This document shows positions 8,871 to 17,365 of a stretch of 64,000 nucleotides of DNA, piece by piece. Each line of letters starts with the position of its first letter. Within the stretch, counting starts at the first letter, position 1. The stretch lies in NCBI GenBank assembly GCA_963698005.1, contig OY969113.1:1209669-1273668 (forward strand), in the 5' to 3' direction. The notes under the pieces were generated by a model. It was not told where the DNA came from. It saw only the letters and a program-made list of their open reading frames with translations, and did no database searches. The position numbers and the translations under genes were made by a program. The stretch comes from an uncultured Acidobacteriota bacterium (GTDB lineage Bacteria > Acidobacteriota > Terriglobia > Acidiferrales > UBA7541).

Positions 8871-9587
8871 ATGCCCGTCGTCCCGACAACCGCATATTCG
8901 CAGGCGGAAGATGCGCTGAATCTGGCGCGCGCGCTGGTGAACGATTCGGCGGGCGTGGTCTTTACCGACACGCTGCTGATGCCGCTGCTGAACTCTGCGT
9001 ATCGCGGCTTGCAGCGCGAGCTGGCCGAAAATGGTGTCAGCGTGTTGGTGGAGCAGCAGGACATCGAGCTCGACGTCAACTCGGACACGGGCGCGACGAA
9101 CCTGGAAATTAGCGACGTCTCCAGCCCGCAACTACCCGCTGATTGTTTGATGCCGCACATGTTGTGGGAGCGGGCTACGCCGAACACGACGGACACCTTC
9201 GTCCCCATGGAGAAATTCATGAGCGGCGGAGGGATGCTGAACCTGCAGCCCAGCAGCTATCTGCGTCTTTGGGAATGGCGCGAGGATAAAATAAATCTGA
9301 TCGGGGCAACGCAATCCATCACTGTGCGCGTGCGTTACGAAAAGATTCTGCCGCTGCTCGTTCTTGGAACTGATCCGGTGCAAATTCGCAGCGCTACGGA
9401 CGCGTTGGGATTTGCAACTGCGGCGCTGGCTGCTCGTTCCCGCGGGGCACGCGCGCTTGCCGCGGACTTGCTCGGTTCGGCGCAAACTGCAGCGGAAAAC
9501 CTGATCAATCGGTACGTGCGTCCGGAACAGACCAAGGGAAGGCGCCGCAAGCCGTACAGTTATCACCGGCGGATAATTTATTTGTGA
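8871..9587 (+). CDS. phage adaptor-like protein (candidate T7 gp11 / tail tubular protein A analogue)
   Basis: 238-aa ORF. ATG 5 nt after GGAGG. Size and N-terminal helical pattern (AEDALNLARALVND...LLNSAYRGLQRELAENG) resemble my recollection of T7 gp11 (AELSAVNDILASIG...ARRILNKINRQIQSRGW). The similarity is by eye only. Confidence 0.45.
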   Translation: MPVVPTTAYSQAEDALNLARALVNDSAGVVFTDTLLMPLLNSAYRGLQRELAENGVSVLVEQQDIELDVNSDTGATNLEISDVSSPQLPADCLMPHMLWERATPNTTDTFVPMEKFMSGGGMLNLQPSSYLRLWEWREDKINLIGATQSITVRVRYEKILPLLVLGTDPVQIRSATDALGFATAALAARSRGARALAADLLGSAQTAAENLINRYVRPEQTKGRRRKPYSYHRRIIYL

Positions 9588-9621
9588 GAGGTAACTGTCG
9601 CGACGGCCTACAGACCGGCGG

Positions 9622-11907
9622 CTACTTGTTGACCACTAGTGTGACGACGAAGCCGCGGGTGGCGCCTTGGGCTGTGCCCTGAACGGTGAGATTGGTCGTG
9701 CCTGCCGGCGTGGCGGGAAGCGTGGGGGTGCTGCTGCCGCTACCACCGCAACTGCTGAGAGCCGCCGAACAAATGATGAAGAGCGCGGAAACGTAGATCA
9801 GCCGCGCGAGGCGCGTGCCGCTAATGGAATTGCCGCAAAGATTCGCGAGGCTCACGCGAATCGCGTTGGGCTTTGCAAGATGCCGCCGGAAAATACCCGG
9901 TGCAAATGCGGCGCACAGAATCGTGGCCAGAATCCCGAACACGGCAAAAGCTGATACAGCAGGGAGTTTCGCGAAATTTGATGCAGAAGCTGACGGCCCG
10001 CTGGATCGGCCGCGTGGCGCTTGAATCGTTGGACGAAATCCAATCGCCGCAGGCACGGGAGTGCCTTTCGCTGTGGTTTGAAAAGTAACGTTAAACGGAA
10101 CAGGCGTCCCGGCGGCGACGTTCACAGTCAGGCTCGAGACCAGCGGAGTGGTTACGGCAGTGCCGGCAGAGATGCCGCAAGTGGTGGAAGTAGGCAAAGT
10201 GGCTGGGCAGATGAGCACGACCGGGCCGCTGAAGGTGTCGTCCGGAACCACCTGTAAAAGAAAGGTGGCGGCCACGCCAGGATTGACGGTGATTTGCTGG
10301 AGAGCGCCGCTGGCCAGCATAATCTGATAATCGTCTCCTGTGCCGGTTACCGCGGCAGTCACAGTGGCCGGAGGGTTCGCGCCAGGAGTGAACGTCACCG
10401 CCAGATTGTCCGAAAGCGCGCCGCTGGATTGCGGAGTGAATGCCACGTTGATCGTGCAGCTCGCAAGGTTTAGAAGAGTTGGCGTGCAGGAAGTGCTCGC
10501 CACTTTGAAGTTGGTCGCGCCGCTCTGAATGCTGGAGCTGATTTGCGTGATCGACGCTCCCGAATTATTTGTCAGCGTGAATGATTGCGACGGCGTTGTT
10601 CCGTCAACCGGCTCGAGGCCGAAATCGGTCGGTACGGGTCCGACGGGAGGCGTCAGCGATACTCCGTTAGCCGGGACGCCCGCGCCGCGTAGTTCGAGAA
10701 GCCTGCGCGTGCCCTGATCCGCGATGAAAAGATTTCCGTTCGAGTCGAAGGCGATTTCGCCGGGCGAGGTCAAACCACGCGCGGCGGGCGTCGTTTTTCC
10801 CGATGGAGCATCGAGGCGCCAAATTTGATCCAGGCCGCCGCCCGGACCGGAAAAAGACACAAAGACATTTCCCCCGCCGTCCACAGCCAAGCCTGTGGGA
10901 ATGATTCTGCCGCCGCTCGCGCCTTGCTGGTTCACGACAAACAATTGAGAAGGCGAAATGGCTGCGGTAGAAATCGAGCGGGTGGCCGCGTTGATTTCAA
11001 CGATCGAGCCGGTGTCGGGCGAGGCGGCGAAGACTTTGCTGCCGTCGAGTGTGACGCCTACGCTGGCGGGCGAGATTACATGCGCTAGAATTTCCAGCGC
11101 GCCCGGCGTAGCAGAAGTTGCCGCGTGCAGCATCAGGACCGCATTCGCGCCGCGATCAGCGATATAAAGATTTCCCGCGCGATCGAGCGCGAGTCCGAGA
11201 GGCTCGACGAGTTCGAAATTCTGCCGCGGACCGAATCGTCCCACTACGCTGCGGACGATTCCGGGCTCGCTGCTGGCGGCGCCCGCGATGCTGCGGATCG
11301 TGGCGTTCAAGGTGTCGGCTACAAAAACCGTGCCGTCGAGCGCAACTACAATCCCGCTGCGCATGGCGAGCGAGTCGAGTTTTAGGTCGAATTCCGCGCT
11401 GGACGCGGCTCCGCCATCGCCCAGCGATCCCGGAGCTACTTGCCCGGCGAACGATGCAATCCTGCTAGCGGCGGAAATAGCGGAAGAAACGTTGTTCGTC
11501 GCGCCGGACGCGTTCACCGCGCCGGCTAACGTGAAAATCCTGTTGCCTTTGTCGGCATTGGTGAGGAAAAGGAGCGCGGATTCGGACGCGGTGGAATTCT
11601 GAGAGCTGACTGCATTCGCGGCGCTCGGCGATTGCGGCTGAACGGCCAGCGAACGTGCGGCAACGTTCGTTGCAATCGTGATTGGCGCGCTCGCCTGTGC
11701 TTGCGCAGCGTTCAGGCCAGCCTGCGCTTGGGATACGTTGGCTTGCGCGGTGTTCGAGGCTGTCTTGGTGGAAGAAGACTGCGATGAAAAGGGCGGCGCA
11801 GAGGTTTTACTTTGCGCGCGAGCCGCTGCCGGTAATTTCAGCGCCGCTGCAAATCCAGCCAACCCCAACACCGTCACCGCACAAACGATTCGCAATCGTC
11901 GCACCAA
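9622..11907 (-). CDS. secreted NHL-repeat protein with choice-of-anchor-D-like Ig domain and C-terminal hydrophobic segments
   Basis: 761-aa ORF. Signal peptide (VLGLAGFAAALKLPAAARA-QS). NHL-like repeats (GLALDRAGNLYIADRG, GLAVDGGGNVFVS, EIAFDSNGNLFIADQG). TLTNNSGASITQISS...CTINVAFTP is choice-of-anchor-D-like. Confidence 0.75.
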   Translation of the reverse strand: MVRRLRIVCAVTVLGLAGFAAALKLPAAARAQSKTSAPPFSSQSSSTKTASNTAQANVSQAQAGLNAAQAQASAPITIATNVAARSLAVQPQSPSAANAVSSQNSTASESALLFLTNADKGNRIFTLAGAVNASGATNNVSSAISAASRIASFAGQVAPGSLGDGGAASSAEFDLKLDSLAMRSGIVVALDGTVFVADTLNATIRSIAGAASSEPGIVRSVVGRFGPRQNFELVEPLGLALDRAGNLYIADRGANAVLMLHAATSATPGALEILAHVISPASVGVTLDGSKVFAASPDTGSIVEINAATRSISTAAISPSQLFVVNQQGASGGRIIPTGLAVDGGGNVFVSFSGPGGGLDQIWRLDAPSGKTTPAARGLTSPGEIAFDSNGNLFIADQGTRRLLELRGAGVPANGVSLTPPVGPVPTDFGLEPVDGTTPSQSFTLTNNSGASITQISSSIQSGATNFKVASTSCTPTLLNLASCTINVAFTPQSSGALSDNLAVTFTPGANPPATVTAAVTGTGDDYQIMLASGALQQITVNPGVAATFLLQVVPDDTFSGPVVLICPATLPTSTTCGISAGTAVTTPLVSSLTVNVAAGTPVPFNVTFQTTAKGTPVPAAIGFRPTIQAPRGRSSGPSASASNFAKLPAVSAFAVFGILATILCAAFAPGIFRRHLAKPNAIRVSLANLCGNSISGTRLARLIYVSALFIICSAALSSCGGSGSSTPTLPATPAGTTNLTVQGTAQGATRGFVVTLVVNK

Positions 11908-12099
11908 GCTCTCCTTACATTCGACGCTTAGGATTCAGCTGAAGGCTTTCGGGTTGTGCGCCGACGCAGCGCACAGCGCTAAATGATAACAGTGATAGAC
12001 GGCCTGTAGCCAGCGGACACGGCTATTGGTGGCTAGGCGGTAATGTTAGGTTTACTTGGAAGCGGGGCGCGTCCCGTCCGGCATGGCGTTCGGGAGGGC

Positions 12100-12160
12100 G
12101 AGTCACATTTCGAGAAACACGCCCGCCTAGAGGCGGTCGCTACAAAGGCAAAATCACGAG
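12100..12160 (+). repeat. REP element type C, long form (unit 1 of a tandem pair)
   Basis: gagtcacatttcgagaaacac gcccgcctagaggcggtcgctacaaaggc aaaatcacgag. 55 of 61 positions identical to 12238-12298. Confidence 0.9.
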
Positions 12161-12237
12161 CCTACGTTGTTATCACTCGTAGTCCGCAGGAATCTGAATC
12201 CCGTAATTTCCGCCCGCAGAGATTCGCCAGGCATCGC

Positions 12238-12298
12238 GAGTCACGTTTCGAGAAATACGCCCGCCTGAAGGCGGCCGCTACAAAAGCAAAATCACGAG
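12238..12298 (+). repeat. REP element type C, long form (unit 2 of a tandem pair, 138-bp period)
   Basis: gagtcacgtttcgagaaatac gcccgcctgaaggcggccgctacaaaagc aaaatcacgag. Confidence 0.9.
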
Positions 12299-12315
12299 TC
12301 ACTCTTGGAGGAACA

Positions 12316-12669
12316 ATGGCACTTACATTTTCGATTGTAGACACATGGGAAGACGGCAAGCGGGTGCACGTGAGCGGGACAGTGGTGGCGTCGGGGAACT
12401 ATACGACGTCGGGAGACACGTTGGACCTTTCACAGGTTCCGCTGATCGCGTCGGACCAGCCGCCGGTGCAGGGAACTGCGTGGATGGACGGACTCGCCGG
12501 GTACGACTACGTTTTCGTTCCTGGCGTTGCGATGAATTCGAACAAAGTGAAAATATTTCAGCAGGGTGCTGCCGCGGGTCCGTTTCCGGAGCTGGCCGCG
12601 GGAGCGTATCCCGCAGCGATCACTGCCGATACGATTACGTTTTACGGCATCTTCAAGAAATTGCAGTAG
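12316..12669 (+). CDS. small hypothetical protein (beta-rich, 117 aa) upstream of the nozzle-like gene
   Basis: In-frame ATG at 12316 is 5 nt after GGAGG. The 12043 start in the ORF track reads through two REP units and is rejected. Confidence 0.6.
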   Translation: MALTFSIVDTWEDGKRVHVSGTVVASGNYTTSGDTLDLSQVPLIASDQPPVQGTAWMDGLAGYDYVFVPGVAMNSNKVKIFQQGAAAGPFPELAAGAYPAAITADTITFYGIFKKLQ

Positions 12670-12770
12670 GGCTTTCGTCCGACTGCTGGCGAAGCCGGCC
12701 GGAGTTTAGCCCCACATGTTGATTCACAGCGGTCTGCGTCGATTCGTGAAGTCGTTATGTGCGTATCAGC

Positions 12771-12799
12771 GGGCGCAGCATGCTGCGCCCCCCTTACGA
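12771..12799 (+). repeat. REP element type A (variant tail CCCTTACGA)
   Basis: gggcgcagcatgctgcgcccc ccttacgaa. Confidence 0.85.
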
Positions 12800-12879
12800 A
12801 AGCAAGTGTTCGCGCGCCGCATGAACCGCGCGGATATAAAACCCCAGACCCAACGTCTCACTTTCCCTCGCGAGTGCCC

Positions 12880-15267
12880 ATGTCTATTGAGACTTTTACG
12901 CCGTTGCCGCTGAATATTTTCAGCTCCTGGATCACGCTGCTTGATCCGTCTGATGTGCCGCCGGGGATGTCGCCTTCGCTTGCCGATGTGGAGTTTTTTC
13001 CCGGCGGGGTGCGCACGCGGCCAGGGCTTGTGTCGCAATTTCCGGTAGTCGCGGGGTCGCCGCAGATCAACGGCCTGAAGACTTACGCCACGACAAATCT
13101 CGTGCAGCGAATGATCGCGCTGGATTCCATCGGCAATTTGTACAAGGAGACTTCGCCGGGAGTGCTGTCGGTGGTCGCGTCGGGGGGCAAGCCGGGACTT
13201 TATCTCGCGTCGGACACGCACTTTGGGCGTGAATACATGGCGTTCGGGGATGGATTGATCGGCCAGGATATTCCGCGACAGTACGACGACACGAATTTCG
13301 ACCGCGTGAGCCAGATCGGGCCGGCGGAAGGGCCGATGGTTGCTGACGCCACGGATGCCGGCAGTATTTCTCCGGGCGCGCACCAGTGCTCCGTAATTTT
13401 TGTCACCCGGCAGGGATACATGACCGCGCCGTCGCCGCCAACAACGTGGACTGCGGCAGGAAGCAAAAAAGTCAACGTGACAAATATTCCCACGGGGCCT
13501 TCGAACGTGGTGCAGCGGCTGCTTGCGTTTACGGCCAGCGGCGGCGCAACTTTTTATCAGGTGCCGGCGACGATGACGATCAACGACAACGTCACGACGT
13601 CGCTGGAGGTGGATTTTACCGACACGATTCTGCTGAGCGGTTTGAGCGTGGAAAATCTGTTTGGGCAGATCGAGCTGCCGTGCCAGCTTGGCGTGGTGGA
13701 TTACGCCGAGCGGCTTTTTTGGTGGGGCGAGCGCGCCAAAATGGACAACTGGCGCAATCTTTCGTTCGACGGTGGCTGGGATATTTCCGGCGACGGCCGT
13801 CCGCTGGGCTGGCAACTCGATCCAACGTTTGGCGCGGGAGGGAGCCGCGAGCCGAGTTTCTCGGTTTGGGGCGACGCGTATCGCATTACGGCGGATGGCG
13901 TCACCATCCAGCGCGGAACGATCGCGCAGAATGCGATCACGGACGCATTCGGCGATCAGTTGCTGGTGAACAATACGGATTATTCGGTGCGTGTGCGCGT
14001 GGCGCGCAGCGCGAATCTCTCCGCCGGGACCTTGCGCATCAACACCTTCAGCCCCACTGCGGGACTGGTCGGAGCGGGTCTTGTGGTTTCCGCGGCGCAA
14101 GCAACTGCTTCGTACCAGGAATTCACGGCACAACTTTTTCCTCCGCAAACTTCGCTGCCAACGGATCTGACGCTGCGCGTTTATGCCGACAGCACGCCGG
14201 GGCCGAGCGGCGAGTCGTTTCTGGTTGACGACATCGAAATATTCCCGACTTTCGCGGCGCAGAATTCTTCGCTGGTGCGCGCGTCCGCCACTTCAGCGCC
14301 AGAAAGTTACGACGGGGTGTCCGGCATCCAAGAGATCGCGGTAAACAACGGGCAGGGAATCCGCGCCGCATTCAGCTTGCGCAGCAATTTGTATTTTGTG
14401 AAAGAACGCTCGATGTACGTGACTGCGACGGACGGAGTGAACGAGCCAGCGCTTTGGGGCGTGGAGGAAGTGTCGAACAAGGTGGGCACGCCTTCGGCGC
14501 ACGGCGTGGGTTACGGCGAAGAATGGGTGGTGATCGCTGGCCGCTCGGGACTTTATTATTTTGACGGCAGCGAGCCGATCAAATTGTCGCAGGAGATCCA
14601 ACCGACTTGGGACGCGATCAATTGGCAATACGGCCAGCTGCTCTGGGTGCAGGTGGACACGCAGCACAAACGCATCTACGTCGGCGTGCCGATGGGCGCG
14701 GCCACGCAACCGAATCAGATTCTAATGCTCGATTATACGGAGGGAATGCAGGACCCGCTGGTCTCGATATATACGGCCGCGGCGGAGCGTTCGCGAAAAT
14801 GGGCACCGTGGATGATTTCCGCGAATTCCTGCGGGTTGATCGAGCGGAGCAACGGCGTGGCGCAGGTGTTTCTTGGCGCGAACAATTCCAGCGGAAAGAT
14901 TTACGCATTGACCGAAGGGCAGTTTTCGGACGACGGCGTCGCGATCAATTCGTTTTACTCCACGGCGTTTCTCGCGGCGACCGGATTGAGCGGCAGAAAT
15001 TTGTTTGGCTACCTAACGGCTTACGTGCAGGGGGCAGGCTCGCTCTCGCTGACTTCGTTTTCGCCAGGCGACGTGAGTGTTCTGTCGCTCGGAGCGTGGA
15101 CGCTCGCCGCGCCCGCCTCGCGGGACATGGAGCAGTTCACAAACGTGCTGGCGGAGCGGGTGTCGTATCAGATTGGCACGAGCGTGGCGGGGTCGTGGTT
15201 CTCGATCACGAAACTCGTACCTTGGGCGAAGCCGGATCCCTTCGCAATTGTGCGCGGGACAAATTGA
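12880..15267 (+). CDS. phage nozzle-like protein (candidate T7 gp12 / tail tubular protein B analogue) with inserted CBM-like jelly roll
   Basis: 795-aa ORF from ATG 12880; the upstream part of the track ORF runs through REP A. Size, the N-terminal P.G.SP.L.DVEF..GGV.TRPGL pattern and repeated beta-propeller-like blades (LYYFDGSEPIKLS, KRIYVGVP, KIYALTEG) resemble podovirus gp12-type proteins. NLSFDGGW...FLVDDIEIFP (13747-14247) is CBM_4_9-like. Confidence 0.45.
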   Translation: MSIETFTPLPLNIFSSWITLLDPSDVPPGMSPSLADVEFFPGGVRTRPGLVSQFPVVAGSPQINGLKTYATTNLVQRMIALDSIGNLYKETSPGVLSVVASGGKPGLYLASDTHFGREYMAFGDGLIGQDIPRQYDDTNFDRVSQIGPAEGPMVADATDAGSISPGAHQCSVIFVTRQGYMTAPSPPTTWTAAGSKKVNVTNIPTGPSNVVQRLLAFTASGGATFYQVPATMTINDNVTTSLEVDFTDTILLSGLSVENLFGQIELPCQLGVVDYAERLFWWGERAKMDNWRNLSFDGGWDISGDGRPLGWQLDPTFGAGGSREPSFSVWGDAYRITADGVTIQRGTIAQNAITDAFGDQLLVNNTDYSVRVRVARSANLSAGTLRINTFSPTAGLVGAGLVVSAAQATASYQEFTAQLFPPQTSLPTDLTLRVYADSTPGPSGESFLVDDIEIFPTFAAQNSSLVRASATSAPESYDGVSGIQEIAVNNGQGIRAAFSLRSNLYFVKERSMYVTATDGVNEPALWGVEEVSNKVGTPSAHGVGYGEEWVVIAGRSGLYYFDGSEPIKLSQEIQPTWDAINWQYGQLLWVQVDTQHKRIYVGVPMGAATQPNQILMLDYTEGMQDPLVSIYTAAAERSRKWAPWMISANSCGLIERSNGVAQVFLGANNSSGKIYALTEGQFSDDGVAINSFYSTAFLAATGLSGRNLFGYLTAYVQGAGSLSLTSFSPGDVSVLSLGAWTLAAPASRDMEQFTNVLAERVSYQIGTSVAGSWFSITKLVPWAKPDPFAIVRGTN

Positions 15268-15432
15268 CCTTTCCGAGTAAATCTGCCACGGCGTGTTGGG
15301 AGGAATCTGGTTTCGCCATTTGCCGTTTGCCAGATAGCTTAGGTGCAATTGCGCGGCAGGCGAAGATAGGCTAAATTATCGCCATTCTCGGCGACGGCCG
15401 AATGCAAGCTGCGTTTTCCCAGCGAGAAATGC

Positions 15433-16173
15433 ATGACGTCTAGAGGCACCCAACGCGGCATTGCCGGCGAGCGATGGCGCAATTTGTCGCTGCGATTTGC
15501 GGCGTTGTGTTGCTGGGCGGGTTTCCCCCTGATAACTGGCGCGCAGCAAAGCATGTTCCAGCAGGACCCGGTGGATCACTACGGCTCGCGGTTTCTCGCG
15601 ATCGTGATCGTGCTCGGCATTACGCTGGTGCTCTTCAGTCTCTTCCGCTACCGCGGCGTCGATGCGGGACCCACCTCGTGGGTTTTGCTGATCGCAGGCG
15701 TGGCCTTGTTTCCGATGATTTTGTCCGGCGTCGGGAATTTCCTGGTCTTCGAGCGAGCCAAAACCGTGCAACTCTGCGGCTCGTGCCACTTGGCCATGAA
15801 ATCTTACGTGGACGATATGAAAAATCCGCAGAGCAACAGCCTGGCGGCGGTGCACTACACCAACCGGTACATTGCGGAGGACCAGTGTTATGACTGCCAT
15901 ACGTCGTACGGCATGTCCGGCACGCTGGAGGCCAAAGAGCAAGGCGTGATCGACGTTTACCGCTACTACACGCATACGTTTCATCTTCCGCTGAAGCTGC
16001 GTCATCCTTATCGTGACGGCGACTGTCTGAAATGCCACGCGGAAGCGACCAAATGGATCGCCGCCCACCAGGATTGCCAAGAGGCCATATTTGCGGGCAA
16101 GATGAGCTGCATGCAATGCCATGCGGAAGTAAATCCCGCGCACAATACGGTGGCGCAGGAGACGCATCCATGA
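15433..16173 (+). CDS. membrane-anchored tetrahaem cytochrome c, NapC/NirT family-like
   Basis: Four CxxCH motifs (CGSCH, CYDCH, CLKCH, CMQCH) after N-terminal hydrophobic segments. Confidence 0.8.
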   Translation: MTSRGTQRGIAGERWRNLSLRFAALCCWAGFPLITGAQQSMFQQDPVDHYGSRFLAIVIVLGITLVLFSLFRYRGVDAGPTSWVLLIAGVALFPMILSGVGNFLVFERAKTVQLCGSCHLAMKSYVDDMKNPQSNSLAAVHYTNRYIAEDQCYDCHTSYGMSGTLEAKEQGVIDVYRYYTHTFHLPLKLRHPYRDGDCLKCHAEATKWIAAHQDCQEAIFAGKMSCMQCHAEVNPAHNTVAQETHP

Positions 16174-16781
16174 GCCGCCATTTCATCCGCACCATCGAGC
16201 TTGACCCACGGATTATCCGCAGCGCGTTGATCGGAGCTCAAGTGCTCGCGCTGATGGTGTATGCGATGGGAGCGGGATTCTTGTTCCACACGAACGGAGG
16301 GACTCTCTTTTTGTTCGCGCTCGCGGCGCCCGTGCTAATTGTCGCCGCCGTGCTGGCGCTGGCTGGAGTGGCCATCTATCGTTACTTCCGGCGCCACAGT
16401 CTTTTTGCCTTCGCACTTTTCGAGCCGGGGGACTTCCTCGTCCAGCAGGGGGACCAAGCCGACTTCGCCTATTTCATTCAGCAGGGCGAAGTGGAAGTGG
16501 TCCGGCGGGAAAGGGAAATCGAGACGGTGATCGCACGCCTCGGTGAAGGACAGCACTTTGGCGAGACCGCGCTGATCGGCAATGCGCCGCAGCACGCCAC
16601 CGTGCGAGCCGTTTCGCGAGTGCGCGTGGCCATGCTGGGGAAAAAGAAATTCCAGCACATGCTTCGGTTCGTGCATCCGGCGCAGGGGGATCTGATGCAT
16701 GCGGTGAATCAGCGCGCCAGGAAACAGTCCGTCAAGCGCGCCAAAGCGGCGGCGCAAATCCGGGAGGATCAAATTCCGTGA
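16170..16781 (+). CDS. membrane protein with C-terminal cyclic-nucleotide-binding domain
   Basis: ATG 16170 overlaps the upstream stop (ATGA). Two or three TM segments, then FEPGDFLVQQGDQADFAYFIQQGEVEV...GEGQHFGETALI, a typical cNMP-binding fold. Confidence 0.75.
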   Translation: MSRHFIRTIELDPRIIRSALIGAQVLALMVYAMGAGFLFHTNGGTLFLFALAAPVLIVAAVLALAGVAIYRYFRRHSLFAFALFEPGDFLVQQGDQADFAYFIQQGEVEVVRREREIETVIARLGEGQHFGETALIGNAPQHATVRAVSRVRVAMLGKKKFQHMLRFVHPAQGDLMHAVNQRARKQSVKRAKAAAQIREDQIP

Positions 16782-17137
16782 AGAACACGAAATACCTTGG
16801 AGCGATCGTTTATGGAATGGCGGCGCTGGCCGCCGTGGCAGTGGCGCTCGGAATTGCACCGGCGGGGGACGCGGGCGACGCCGCCGTAGGCAAGACTGTT
16901 TACGCCAACAAATGTCAGCTTTGCCATGGAGCTAACGGGGAAGGCGCTACCGGCTACGCGAAGGCCATGGGACTGCAGCCCGCGCGGCTGAGTTCGGATC
17001 AGGTGCAGAAGAAAACCGACGCGGAACTGAAGAAAATTATCGAAGAGGGTTCCGGCAAGATGAAACCGGTGAAGGGCCTCAGCGAGATCGACATCGCCAA
17101 CGTCATCGCCTACGTCCGCACCCTCGCCAAGAAATAG
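16778..17137 (+). CDS. monohaem class I cytochrome c
   Basis: GTG start overlapping the upstream stop (GTGA). Signal peptide. CQLCHG haem site and distal M in GKMKPV. Confidence 0.8.
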   Translation: MKNTKYLGAIVYGMAALAAVAVALGIAPAGDAGDAAVGKTVYANKCQLCHGANGEGATGYAKAMGLQPARLSSDQVQKKTDAELKKIIEEGSGKMKPVKGLSEIDIANVIAYVRTLAKK

Positions 17138-17202
17138 CGCTCATTGAATCATTTAAGCCGTCCGCAATACCCATTCCGAATCCGTCGATCACAACTGGAA
17201 TC

Positions 17203-17365
17203 ATGCTGAATATTTCGCAAATTGAGGCGTTGCGGCGCACGAATCCGCAGCTTTGCGAAGCCATGCAGCGGCTGGCGGCGGCTTCGCTCGGGCCGAACCA
17301 GGGCTGGAGCATTGACAGCCAGATCACCGACGGCACGAATTTTGCGAGGGTGACTTCTGCGTGCG
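17203..17365 (+). other. 5' ORF fragment, possibly the frameshifted N-terminus of the Hint-domain protein
   Basis: Frame-1 ORF starts with a protein-like MLNISQIEALRRTNPQLCEAMQRLAAASLGPNQGWSIDSQITDGTNFARV, then becomes Arg-rich nonsense. Frame 2 opens at 17354 and carries the real-looking continuation. Confidence 0.35.

Noticed and set aside
12043-12315. N-terminal extensions of track ORFs that run through REP elements (12043, 12757, 21600, 58825, 22757, 29236, 25027)
   Set aside because: The extensions translate REP hairpins (AGAACCAPT, SMLRPYG, PALRKPG, AATKAK-type peptides). Internal ATG or TTG codons with good RBS exist downstream, and those shorter starts were used.
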